NCBI RefSeq assembly: GCF_009914755.1 | Contig: NC_060931.1 | Length of the DNA: 64,000 bases | Strand: one strand, 5' to 3' | Origin: the human T2T-CHM13v2.0 reference genome, Homo sapiens | Part shown: positions 18,811-34,549 of the stretch, in pieces | How the letters are laid out: every line of letters begins with the position of its first letter | How positions within the stretch are numbered: position 1 is the stretch's first letter | Translations under genes and position numbers: made by a program | The notes under the pieces: model-generated | Told to the model about the DNA's origin: nothing | Seen by the model: the letters and a program-made list of their open reading frames with translations, nothing else | Database searches by the model: none

Positions 18811-21641
18811 TAATAACAGTAGTTACATGCACTGATGCTTGTGGAAGTGCTCAGCAGTGTCTGCACATGCTTGGCAACCAGTTGATCTACAAATGTTACT
18901 CTCCTTCCTTCCTCTGTAACAGCAAGGCAATCATTTCTAAGAACCCCATTTCTAAGATCAGTTTTCAAAGAATAACTAATATGTGAATAAGTTTTTTCAT
19001 CCAATTGCATGGATTACTCAAGGAATCAATATTTACATCTAATCATGTACTGATCATTATATCTCTGCTATAGGCACCACAGGGCCACGGGTTATGGTAA
19101 GAGGAAAAACATCACAAGTTTCCTTTCTCTTTTTTTTAAGGCTCTAGACAATTCCATCTCATACACTGAGTAGCCTGATCTATATTCATGATCAAGGAGA
19201 GCTTGAGCGAAGGCTTAAGATTTTCAGTGTCATATTTCAAATCGGATTTTCGAAGTGTGAGTAGATATCAGCTATGTGGGCCTGAAAGTTCTCATTACCA
19301 TACCAGTGACAGTTCAGGGAAATTTACGAACTTGGAACTTGCTTACGAGGAGAAATAAAAGCAGTTCTGTGTACCCTACAACCCAGCCAGGAGTCTTGAA
19401 ACGCCACCAATGACATATGGTTTTCTCTAGGGTGCAATCTGGTGAATTCTCACTCTTTTACTTAAATTGGGACGGTTGCACCAGCTGCTTCATTTAATGC
19501 TTTACAGTGGGAAACATCTACAAGACATTACTCTTCAATACTACAAGGAAAGATGAGATTTTATAAGTTTAACTGCTTCTTGACAGCAAAGACAAAACTT
19601 CCTCTTATTACATTACAGTAGTCAATTTCACCTCCCAGGGAGATTAAGATGGGGATACCAAGGACTCTTAGAAAATAGACTGGTTATGCTTACAGAGCAT
19701 TCTCCTAATTTCTTCTTTTTTTCTTAAAAGTTTTTTACCGCCTTGGTCTTCCTACTAGTGTGGGTTGTGAGAACACACAAACTCTTTCCAATTGTTCCTC
19801 ATCAATGATGACATAGAGGAAGTGAGTCCCAGAGGAGTAAAGTTCTGGGAAGTAGAATTACAACTCAGCTTAAGCATTTTACCAGTTAGTGATTTTTTTC
19901 AAAATTGTAGAATATTTACTTGATGATCATGTAGAAAACACAGATTCTTGATATATTAATAAGGGATTACTGAAGAAATATGCTGCAGGAAATATACAGG
20001 CCAACCCACATTTCTGTTTTCTAATTAGATACCATCCTATTGATAATGTGCCCCTTAGTGTAATTATGTAAGAAATGCCTCTGTATACATAAATGATGGG
20101 TATATATCTAGATGTTATCTCTGACTTCTCAAACTTCCAAAGCATTTATAGCTCTTTCATAACAATTGTTCCATATCATTTTGTATAATTGTTATTTGTG
20201 GGCGTGACTTATCTTCCCTACTAACATACAAAGTCCTTGAAGATAGAGTTTGTCTTACACAATATATGCAACTCACATGGTATAAAATTCAAAATGAGGC
20301 CCTATAAGTATGTTCTAAATAAATGGTTCTGAGTTTTACCAATAAGAACTCACTTTTAGACAAGGATACCCATTCTCACCACTTCTACTCAATATAGTAC
20401 TGAAAGTCCTAGCCACAACAATTAGGCAAGAAAAAGAAATAAAAGATATCCAATCCAAAAGGAAGAAGTAAAATTATCTTTTTTTTCAGATGACATGATT
20501 TAATATGTAGGAAACCCTACAAACTCTACAGGAAAAACATCTTGTTAGAACAAATAAATGCATTCAGTAAAGTTGGAGGATATGATAATAATACAAACCA
20601 ACATACAAAATCAAATGCTATCAGTTGTATTTCTACATACCAACAATGAACTATGTGAAAAGTAAATTATGTAAACAATCTCACTTACAATAGCACCAAA
20701 AAGAATAAAATACTTGGAAACAAATTTAAATAAATTTCACCAAAAAGGAAAGAGTTATAAAATATTGATGAAAGAATATTAAACTATAGAACTATAAAAT
20801 ATTGATGAAAGAAAATAGAGCAGACACAAATAAATGAAATGACATCCCATGTTTATGAATTAGAATAATTAACATTGTTAAAATATCTATACTACCCATA
20901 GCAATCTACAGATTCAATGCAATCCTATCAAAATCTCAATGGCATTATTTACAGAAATAGAAAAAGCAATCCTAAAATTCATATGGAACCAGAAAAGACT
21001 CCAAATAGCCAAAGCAATTTTGAATAAGAAGAACAAAGCTGGGGGTATCACACTTCCAGATTTCAAAATATATTACAAAGCTACAGTAATCAAAACAGTA
21101 TGGTACAGCCATAAAAATAGATATATAGACCAAGGGAACATAATTAAGGGCCCAGAAATAAATCCACACAGCTATAGCCAACTGATTTTTGACAAGAGTG
21201 CCAAGAATAAGCGATGGGGAAAGGGCAGTCTCTTCAATAGTGTTGAGAAAACTGGATGACTACACCCAAAAGAATAAAACTGGATCTTTGTCTTACACAA
21301 TACAGAAAAAATAACTCAAAATGGATTAAAGATTTAAAAGTAAGATAAGTAAGATCTGAAACCATAAAACTCCTAGAAGAAAACATAGGAGAAAACTTCT
21401 TGACATTCTTGCACATGACACCAAAAACAAGTCAACAAAAGGAAAAATAAGCAAGTGGGACTACATCAAACTGAAAAGCTGCTGTACAGCTAAGGAAATA
21501 ATCAGCAGAGTAAAATGGTAACCTATGGAATGAGAGAAAACACTTGCAAACCATACACTTAATAAGGGGATAATTTCCAAAATATATAAGGAGCTTCCCC
21601 AACTCAACAGCAAATAAGTATGTAAGTGAACGTATACATAC

Positions 21642-21995
21642 TGATATGCTTTGGCTGCGTCCCCACCCAAATCTCATCTTGAATTCCCATGTGTTGTGGG
21701 AGGGACCCAGTGGGAGGTGATCGAATTATTGGGGTGGGAATTTCCTGCACTGTTCTCATGATAGTGAATAAGTCTCATGAGATCTGATGGCTTTATAAGG
21801 CAGAGTTTCCCTGCACAACTCTTTTTTTTCCTGCCACCATTCACGTAAGATGTGACTTGCTCTTCCCTGCCTTCCGAGGTGATTGTGAGGCCTCTCCAGC
21901 CAGGTGAAACTATAAATCCAATTAAACCTCTTTCTTCTGTACATGGCCCAGTCTTGGGTATGTCTTTATCAGCAGCATGAAAATGGACTAATAGA
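21642..21995 (+). mobile_element. THE1 solo LTR (THE1A-C type)
   Basis: TGATATGCTTTGGCTGCGTCCCCACCCAAATCTCATCTTGAATT...ATCAGCAGCATGAAAATGGACTAATAGA; 5-bp TSD CATAC both sides. Confidence 0.92.
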
Positions 21996-22352
21996 CATAC
22001 ATACACATTATATATAACCCAATTTATAAATGGGTAAGTGAGCTGAACAGACATTTCCCCAGAGAGGACATGGAAATGGCCTACAAGTACGTGAGAAGAT
22101 ACTGAACGTCCCTAATCATCAGGGAAATGAAAATCAAAACTGCAGTTAGATATCATCTCACACCTGTTAGGATGACTATTATCAAAAAAGCAAAAGATGA
22201 TAAGTGGTGAGGTTTGAAGAATAGAAACCCTTGTACATCATTGGTGGGGACTGGAAATTGATGCTGCTGCTATGGCAAACAATATGAAGCTTCCTCAAAA
22301 AAAAATTAAAATAGAACAACCATATGATTCAGCAATCCCACTTCTGGGTATC

Positions 22353-23070
22353 CAGCAGTAACTTTTATCCATGGTTTTGTTTTCTGCAGTTTCAGTTACC
22401 TATGGTCAATGGTAGTCTGAAAATATAAAATGGAAAATTCCAGAAAGAAACCATTCATAAATTGTAAATTGTGCACTGTCCTGAGTAGCGTGATGAAATC
22501 TTGAGCTGCCCCACTCTGTCCCTTTCAGGACGTGACTGATGCACACTGTGGATCCGCCCTGTACAAACTGCCTGCCCACTGAGTCACAGTTATCAGATCT
22601 GACTGTTGCAGTATCGTAGTATTTGTGTTCAAGAAGCCCTTCTTTTACTTAATATTGTCCCCAAAGTGCAAGAACAGAGATGCTGGCAACTTTGATATGT
22701 CAAAGAGAAGCCATAAAGTGCTTCCTTTAAGTCAAGAAGTGAAAGTTCTCAACTTAATAAGGAAAGAAAAAAAATGTATGTTGAAGCTGTTAAGATTTAC
22801 AGTAAGAACAAGTCTTTCGTCTATGAAATTGTGAAGAAGAGGGAAAAAAGTGTGCTCGTTTTGCTGTCGCCTCTCAGACTACAAAAGTTTTATGGCCACA
22901 GTGTGTGATGAGTGCCTCGTTTAGACAGAAAAGCATTTAACTTTACGGGTAGAAGACATGAACGGAAGTTGCATTTGGATGGACAGCAATTGAGTTAGGT
23001 ACTATCCATGGTTGCAAGCAGCCACTGGGGGTCTTGGGATGTAACCCCAGCAGATAAACAGGAATTACTA
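22353..23070 (+). mobile_element. MER44 (Tigger7-derived) DNA transposon
   Basis: TTTCAGTTACC..GGTCAA..GAAAAT..AAATGGAAAATTCCAGAAA..CTGAGTAGCGTGATGAAATCT; degenerate TIRs; L1 resumes after it. Confidence 0.8.
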
Positions 23071-23098
23071 TATATCCAAAAGAATTGAAATCAGGATA

Positions 23099-23564
<466 letters not shown>

Positions 23565-23801
23565 TTAAGCATTCTTAACACACAGACCACAAAGGGACAC
23601 AAAGAAGCTTTTGAACAAGATGGATATATTTATTACCTTGAAATTTTAAAGAAAAAAAAAAAGAACTCAGTCTTAAATGTGAATACATACAAGTCACTTG
23701 GCAAGGGTACTGTCCATTTTCATGAGCTCTGTTTGAAGGAGGGCTGGACCTGTGATCACCACCATAAGTTCCATGAAGAGAGAATGTATGTAGCCAAGTA
23801 G

Positions 23802-24310
<509 letters not shown>

Positions 24311-24599
24311 ACAAACCCCAGGTTCTAAGTTGTTGCCTGTGATCCTCTCTCCTCTAGAGCAGGGGCATTTCTTGTTGGAGAGACAGCAGAATAACCATCA
24401 GCAGTACTTGAGCAAAATTTAAACTTTATCACAAAGCCTTTTTTTTTTTTTTTTAAAGATCAGTTTCTCAAATGAGTTTCAGATGGCTCAATTAAATCTC
24501 CAGGAAGGAAAACTGGAAACGTCCAGTCTTCAGTTTTGTATTTTTTTTCTTTTAAATGAATTTAAACCTTTTTTTAAAATCAAGGACCATGTTAATTTC

Positions 24600-25201
24600 T
24601 ATCTTAGCCGTCTATTGGTTGATCCTTCGATGTTATAAGCTACTTAATCACAAATATGCTTAGGGAACTAATGTCATCACATTCTGTATTCTTAGTATAT
24701 GCTCAATTTTTCCAGAGCTGTATCAAAAGTTGAATATATACAATAGGGAATTTTTTTTAACACTTCACTTCAGGCACAGAGAGAATCAGTGGGCTTTTCC
24801 AAAAGGAGAAAGCTGAACAGGTTATGCCCTAGTTCACAAGCAAACCGTCCAGAAAACATTCTAATTGGGGAAAACAGCCGTGAGAGTGTAATGCTCCCAG
24901 CGCAAAGCTGCCCTGACAGCTGACCCCTTTTTTTCCCCTTCCTGTTTCTGACACTTGGCGAGGAATTAAACTGGAGCTAAGGGCACAGAAGTTGAAAAGG
25001 CAAAAGGCAAGCGTTCTTCTGGGTGGTCTGAGCGTGGTCCTAGGAAGGACGCTGTTTGTGAAGGTAAAATCTCTAATTGGGGAGAGAAGGGCCAGCTGGT
25101 GAGCTGTTGAGATCAGGTGAAGACCTGAATCGCAGAAGCACAGCACGGTCAGAGCCCGCTGCGCCGGCAGCAAAGCCAGAAGGTGCACGAAGAAGGTGAG
25201 G
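24600..25201 (+). promoter_or_regulatory. Candidate promoter and non-coding first exon ending at donor AAG|GTGAGG (GT 25196-25197)
   Basis: non-repeat, local CpG cluster 25130-25190, two TCTAATTGGGGA (24860, 25072), TTAATCA 24644, TGACAGCTG 24914, T-rich sequence after the donor. Confidence 0.4.
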
Positions 25202-25396
25202 ATGCCTCTCTGTTTATCGGTTTGTTGCTTTTCAAATTCTTTTATTTTCAGAAGTTGCGATTTTAGTTCTAAAAATTACAATTGTGCATGATTCGTGAGA
25301 AAGGTCCTGAGTTGAACTTTAGACTTGGTTTTCTTTAAAAGTTGGAGCGTCTTCTGAAATAGCACATTTGAGTCAAGTTAAAGCCATACCTACAGC

Positions 25397-25821
25397 TTGA
25401 GGGGTTGAGATAAGCCGTAAGCTCTCATCTAGAGCCTGGAAGAGTTGGGTGACTCTCGCATTAGGAAAATGAATTTTTAATTTGGCTTAAGCTTTTTTGT
25501 ACTTCCTGAAAAACCCATGTAAGATTTATCAAAGGAGCTGGTCTTGGGCAGCAAACACAAAGCTCCATCTTTCTTTTTGGCTATGGACTCTTCAAACCCA
25601 TTTTCTTGGCTAGTTTTTCTTAGCCCTTAATGAAATTTCAGGCAGATCACGTAGGTTATTTTATGTCTTCCAAAAAATATAAGTAAATAGTATCTCTTTC
25701 GGGGATTAAAACACTCTAATACTGAAACCCCCTGATTTTATTAAACCTAAGACTCTCCTCCACTGGCTTGGGCTGGCATTAGGATTACGAACCTCCAGTG
25801 GGAGGGAGAAGGGTCCTTTGA
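25397..25821 (+). repeat. Local direct duplication, copy A (non-transposon sequence)
   Basis: colinear with 27362-27778, roughly 80-85% identical by eye. Confidence 0.92.
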
Positions 25822-25974
25822 ACCTAAGCTAAACATGGCCCCCTGATTCTTTGGGCAAAGAAAACAAACCATGGAAGGGAAACAGATGTTCTTGGAGGAC
25901 TTTGTTAGAGTAATTCTGGAAGGGAGAACACAGTTGTGGTGGACATGGAGCTGTGGAAAGGACTCTCATTCAAG

Positions 25975-26930
25975 GAAGGCTTTGCTGCCCAACTAGGGGG
26001 AATGTGACCGTGTGTGCCTTCAGCCACCAGCTCCTGAAGGTGAGCCTCAGTGGCAGAGAGCCACCCTGCCCAAGGTCACGACTTCCTGGGTGGCCTACAT
26101 CTGGTGGCTGAGCAAGGAAAGGCTGAAAAGGCAGGCTCTGCTGTTACGGAACCAACAGGTTCCTGTGCCCCCTGCAGAGTAACAGACCAATGCACTGAGA
26201 CAGCAGAATTTGCAGGACAGACAGTTTAGCGATGGCAGGACCCCAAGCAGGGAGATGGAAGGAGACCTCCAAATCCATCTCTCTGAGGAATTCTGGGGTT
26301 TTTAAGAGGATCATGGAGGATGAGGGGCTGTTCATTGGTGGGGTCAGGGGAATGAAATCATCAGAAGGTGAAAACCGCATTCTTTGGTAAGTCAGCTCCT
26401 GTGGGTTCCTTCAGACCAGCTGGCATCAGCAGGGTCTTTCAGATCAAACAAGTCATTACTTTCATGAGTATGCAAGACCTGAAGGAATATCTCAAAGAGA
26501 AAACTTCATGTTTCATAAGGTTCAAGCTGTTGTCTGCAGAGCAGGTGTGGAGAGCTGTAATCTTGTAACAGGGTCCACATGATTCTAAAACAATAAGCAC
26601 CAAACAGCCATGAGAAAGCAGGTCAGAAAGAAAGCAGACTGCATGATGGATGCTGGATGTGCCACAAGTTTGGTTTATTTTTATTTCTCGCCCCTTCTCT
26701 CATGATTAATTTTATAAAGATGGTAGGGATGGTTTCACAACCATCTCAGCCCAGGGAGGGGTGCTGTCATGGAGATGTTCACTCCAAGGCCCCCAGTGTG
26801 TTGCTGAGCCTATTTGGAGATTCAGTTTATTTCCTCTGCCCAATCCTGGTGGTTCCTCCCATTTTCTTTTCTTTCTTTCTTACTTTTTTTCAACCAGATG
26901 CAAATCTCACACCTCCCATTTTCTAATCAG
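25975..26930 (+). mobile_element. LTR16-family LTR split by a younger LTR
   Basis: GGCAGAGAGCCACCCTGCCCAAGGTCACG...CCATCTCAGCC. Confidence 0.55.
26142..26737 (-). mobile_element. ERV1 solo LTR (LTR26-like, MER4 group)
   Basis: minus strand begins TGAAACCATCCCT..CTTTATAAAATTAATCA..AAATAAACCAAAC and ends GTAACA. Confidence 0.7.
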
Positions 26931-27069
26931 GTGCTGAGCCTTACAGACAGTCCTTCACGCACAACTCCTTCTCTCCACCTGTTCCTAGAGTACTCGAGCC
27001 ATTCACCTGGATGCTTAGATAGAGCGCTTATTCCTTTTATCTCAAGTAGTTCATCAGGGAACCAAGGTC

Positions 27070-27250
27070 TAACTCAGGGGTTCTTGACTATTTTTCAGTC
27101 ACAGACACTTTTGAGAAAATGAGGAAGGTTACATTCCCCCCCCCCCGAACCCAGAAAAAAAGAAATTACATGGCGCTTACCATTTTTGCCTGCAGTTTCA
27201 AAGATTTTGAAGAATCTCTGACACTCCTAGAGACATTGACCCCAGCGTTC
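27070..27250. mobile_element. MER103-like hAT MITE
   Basis: CAGGGGTTCTTGAC...CACTTTTGAGAA...CATTTTTGCCTGCAGTTTCA. Confidence 0.45.
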
Positions 27251-27361
27251 ACCTTCCCACCCTAATCTTCCCTTGAATATTGTTCTTGTATATTCCTTGA
27301 AGTCTGGATGTTATTAGACTTACGTGGTGGTGATACTGGATTTGCTGCCTAAGGTAAATAT

Positions 27362-27778
27362 TTGAGGGGTTGAGATAAGCCGTGAGTTCTCATCTAGAGC
27401 CTAGAAGAGATGATGACTCTTGCATTAGGAAAGTGAATTATTAACTTGGTTTAAGCTTCCCTGAAAAACCCATGTAAGATTTATCAAAGGAGCTGGTCTC
27501 TGGGTAGCAAACAGAAAGCCCCCTCTTTCTTTCTGGCTATGGACTTTTCAAACTCACTTTCTTAGCTAGTTTTTCTTAGCCGTTAATGAAGCTTCAGACA
27601 GATCACATAGATGTTTGGGTTGCTTCCAAAAAATGTGTACAAAAATTGTGTCTCTTTCAGGGATTAAAACACTCTAATACTAGAATTCTCTGATTGTATT
27701 AAACCTGAAACTCTCCTGCACGGGCTTGGGCTGGCTTTAGGATTAGGAACCTCCCGTGGGAGGGAGAAGGTCCTTTGA
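27362..27778 (+). repeat. Local direct duplication, copy B
   Basis: colinear with 25397-25821. Confidence 0.92.
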
Positions 27779-29422
27779 TTCAGCCTCCTTCCACATTCCT
27801 AGCTGTTGTCATCGGCTCCTAGAGCCAGGTACCATGGGAAGGATGCTGTATGGCTGGTGCAGTGGTGCTCTGGGCTGGAGCACTCTGGTTGTTGCAGAAA
27901 CTCTAAGGTGTATCTCTAAGGCTCCCCTATATATTACCCTGCTGGAAGCTCCAACTACATCTCCCTTGATATAAGTAGTGCCTTCTTTATCGGACTCATT
28001 TCAACAACCATGGCTTTCTTGCAGTCCACCACCCATCTGCTGAGTCACTTTGCCTGCAAGGACACCTTTGTATGTTGGAAGTCACTTTCCCAATAGCTCA
28101 CTGCCTTGAATCTACATCTGGTCCTTCCTCTACCCCTGTCCCTACCCCATGTTGGATCCCCCATTGCCACTGTGGGAGGAGCAGGTGCCTGCAGCCCTCT
28201 TTCTTCATGCCCTGCCACCAGGGGTGCCCCACACCTTTACTGTTCCCAGGAAGGAGTCTGACACCCACTCCTAGGTCCCTCAAACGCCACCAGGCTCATG
28301 GCAGTTTCTCTCAAAGGCACACCAGTACACTTGCACCCCAAAGAAACCCTCCCTTTCCAATTTCCACAACCCACACAATAGATTCTCCACCTTCTTTTTG
28401 GTGGCCTCCTGGAAGACAGTGGGCTGATGCTGGCAGAACCACTAGACACGGTCTACCTATCCTGACAAGACTCTGAGCCAGAAAAGCTTCCATTTCAACA
28501 TCCTGCACCCCAACACTATAATTTAGTCTTTAGGATAAAGTCCATCTGTATCCTTCATTTTCCTCTGAATTGCGAGCTATGTGAAATGAGGACAAGGATT
28601 TCTCTATATTAGAAATAGTAACCTATACAAATATGTAGCCATGAGCATCTATTAACTATGTTTGGCTGGCTGGGAATGCTTTGTAATCATAAAGGAATTT
28701 TTCCATCTGTGCCATGACCCCAACGAGAATATACATTAAGAAAATATCCATTCAAAGGGCAGAAATGACCAAAGCAGTGTGAAGATTGTTTCTTTGAAAT
28801 AAGCCTACATCCTGAAGAAGGCTGCCATGAGTCTGAAAGGCAGCTGCAGCGAACCTATTTTTGGAAAGCCTAAAATCATAGAATTTCAAATTTCCGAAGG
28901 AAGCCTGAGTTATTGAAAACAGATGTTTTAGGAAAAGGAATAGAAACTTTTAAGCGGTAACTTTTTAATAAGCCATAATAGTTCAAAGAGTGTCAGAGGA
29001 ACACAGCCCGGAGATATTCACCTTTGAAAAGTGCCAGATGGCCAAGTAACATTCCCACAAATAAAGAAAAACCCAAGAAGAGAAAGTTTTTGCAAAAATA
29101 CCAAAACCAACCGTATTTGCACCTCACAACATGACACCTCCCAGATCTGGAAGGTCATTTGAAGATAAAGTCCCAGATTCCATGGACCAGGCAGCAGAAA
29201 CTCAATCCTCTGGACTGATTAGAAAGAAAGTCAGGTCCTAAAGCAGTGGGAAGTGTCATTTTGAGACATTTGGGAAGTAATGTAGTTTTATTAACCTGAT
29301 ATACATTTAGAAATCAACCATTGACAGAGAGGCCTCACTGAACTCTGTTTACAAAGAGATAAAAATTATTTGTAATCTACGTTTATATTTAAGTCCATGT
29401 TTGCAAGAGTAAAGCTATAGAG

Positions 29423-29426
29423 AGAT

Positions 29427-29470
<44 letters not shown>

Positions 29471-29890
29471 CATTAGATAGGTGATTTATTGATTGATAGA
29501 TAAATAGATTATAAATAGTAGGTAGACAGATGATGGATAGATAGATAAGATAAATGATAGACAGATGATAGATAGATTAGATAGATAGATAGATGATAGG
29601 GAGCTAGATTAGATAGATAGATTTGATAGATGATATGTAGATTAGATAAAAAGATGAAGCATAGATTAGACAGATGATAGATAGATTAGATAGATGATAG
29701 TTTAGATAGATGATATACAGATTAGATAGAAAGATAGGTGATAGATAAATGATAGATAATAGGTAGATTAAATAGATGATAGATAGATAATAGGTAGATT
29801 AGATAGATGATAGGTAATAGGTAGATAGATTAGATAGATGATAGATAGATAGATAGATAGATAGGATAGATATATACACAGATACATAGA
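29423..29890. repeat. Compound (GATA)n/(TAGA)n repeat with perfect (GATA)11 core at 29427-29470
   Basis: direct reading. Confidence 0.95.
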
Positions 29891-30360
29891 GAGCATGTGT
29901 TACTTGACCGGGGGCACTTAGTAGATGGGCTCAGAGATGCTAGATGTCCTGCATTGGACAAGACACTTTTGCAAATCCTCCACAGTTTTGTAATGTTCCA
30001 TTGACATTAATAAGTTAAGATGAAAAACCTATTCACAATTATCTATATATATCTATAGCTTTTTCTCAAGCTAACTAACTTTTCTCTGGTATGATTCTTA
30101 CCCTTTATTTGGCTAATAATCATTCACAACGTGATTTGTACCTTAACATTTGGTACAGCTTTGAGGGGCATAGAAAGAAGTTTCCGTCAATAGAAATCCA
30201 GCTTATGTTTTAGACAAGATGCTGCTTAGGAATTCTGAAAGACTAGGCAGCTGGGCCATCATTCAGGCAGCTGATATGGTGCATTTCTTCCAAGAACGTG
30301 GAGTTCTAGGCTGATCCGCTGTTTTCCCGTTAGACAGGTCTCAAGAGGGATGACCCAGCT

Positions 30361-30870
30361 CAGTGGTTCTCTGTAGGGACAGTCCTTATCCCAGGCAGCA
30401 TTTTGAAAATTGCTGGAAACACTTCTTGTCACAAGATTGGAGGCACTTAGTAGGTGGGCTCAGAGACACTAGGTGCTCCGCAGTGGACAAGAGATTTCTG
30501 CAAATTTCTCATGACTTTGTAATGTTCTCACCGACATTGACATGATAAGAAGATGAAAAACCTCTTCATAATTATCTACACTTAGATGAAACTCAGATTT
30601 ATGTGTAAACACAAAGTATGTTTGCGTGGTTTTAATACACTTGAATTTCCAGGAAGGTAAATTCAGTGGGACGATTGTGCTACTATTTTTTGGAATTTTA
30701 CCAGGAGGTTTTCTGTTTAACCTTTTCGGAAAAACCATATCACCAGTGGCAATGCTAATCATAATAAATAGAGTTGCCAATACAATACGTCTCTATTCGT
30801 TTGCATTTGTATCTGTCACAAGCGTAGTTCTACACATAGATGCATCTGACTTCTTCCTTTATCTTCTAGA
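30361..30870. mobile_element. hAT-Charlie (MER20B-like) fragment
   Basis: CAGTGGTTCTC terminus and TTGTCACAAGATTGG..GGCACTTAGTAG; part duplicated at 29913-30045. Confidence 0.45.
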
Positions 30871-30963
30871 ATAGGCCCACCTGAGCATTTACACATTCCA
30901 ATATTTATTTTATCTTAATTTGTTTCCCTTTACTTCTCTGTTGTATCATAGTAAGGGCTTTAA

Positions 30964-33281
<2,318 letters not shown>

Positions 33282-33429
33282 ATATTATTGAGGGAAGAAA
33301 AATGAAACTTGCTTTGGATATATATCAAATTCATCTTAAGATAACTTTTTTAAAATTACAGAATATTTGCTGTCAAAAGGGATCTGGTAGGGTAGTAAAC
33401 CACTGCCTTAACTGAAACATTGGGATACA

Positions 33430-34500
33430 TGCTGGAATTTTTTTAAGTCCAGATTTGTACAAAGCATTCTGTATATGTTTATTATAACAAGATTGTTAAT
33501 TATGTTCTTTTTATATCCTACTGATTTTCTCTTGTCTGCTTGAGAGGTAAGTTAAAAACTCCTATTTTTTTGATGGATGTGTCCATTATTAGTTGTAGAT
33601 TTCTTAATCTTTGCTCTGTAGATTTTTGAAGTTGGATTATTAGGTGCATACAAATTTATAATTGACATTCATTTCAAGAGAAGAAATTTTATCATAATAT
33701 AGTAATTCTCTTTGGATTTTTGTCTTAAAGCCTATTTTATTTTATTTTAAAAATTTTTAATTGATATATAATAGGTGTAGATATGTTGGGGTGTTATATT
33801 TTGGTATCTGTATACAATGTGTAATGATCAAATCAGGATAATTGGGACATTCATCACCTGAAACATGTCTTTTCTTTGGGTTGGGAACATTACGAACCTT
33901 CTCTTCTAGCTTCTGAAGTATACTATATTATCATTCTTTATTATTTCCCTACTGTACTATAAAATCTAAAATTTATTCCTTCTAAATGTATTTTAGCACC
34001 CCTTCACCAACATTTTTTATCCCTCCACTAAAATCTATTTTATCCAATATTAATATAGCAACACCACTGTTATAATTTTTTATCCTTTTACTCTCAAACT
34101 TTGTCATTACATGTATGTAATGATACGTGTACATGTCATTACATGTATGTGATGATACGTGTACGTGTCATTACATGTATGTGATGGTACGTGTACGTGT
34201 CGTTACATGTATGTGATGATACGTGTACGTGTCGTTACATGTATGTGATGATACGTGTATGTGTCGTTACATGTATGTTATGGTGCGTGTGTCGTTACAT
34301 GTAAAAATACATACATGTATTATAACATACATACATAATACATACATGTATTATACACACGTACATAATACATACATAAATACATACATAGATACATACA
34401 TAGATACATGTATCTATTAAAATACATGTATGTATTTTAATAGATAACACATAGTTGGATTTTGGTTTTGTATTCATTCTGACAATGTCTATTAGCTGGA
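33430..34500 (-). mobile_element. Old L1M fragments, including an L1MA 3' end at ~33745-34030
   Basis: TATACAATGTGTAATGATCAAATCAGG..CATCACC (L1MA 3' end) within older antisense L1 sequence. Confidence 0.65.
34102..34303. repeat. 32-bp minisatellite, ~6.3 units, TGTC(A/G)TTACATGTATGTGATGATACGTGTACG
   Basis: units start at 34102, 34134, 34166, 34198, 34230, 34262, 34290. Confidence 0.95.
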
Positions 34501-34549
34501 GGAGTCAAACTATATTTCTAGTAAATATGGATTTATTTGGATTTCTTTA

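Noticed and set aside
19075-19140. Short exon ending at ATG|GTAAGA just upstream of the 19141 acceptor
   Set aside because: The implied intron of ~43 nt is too short for the human spliceosome.
24600-27778. Assignment to a known CRX-regulated gene such as SAMD7
   Set aside because: No matching coding exons were found downstream in the window, so no gene symbol is given.
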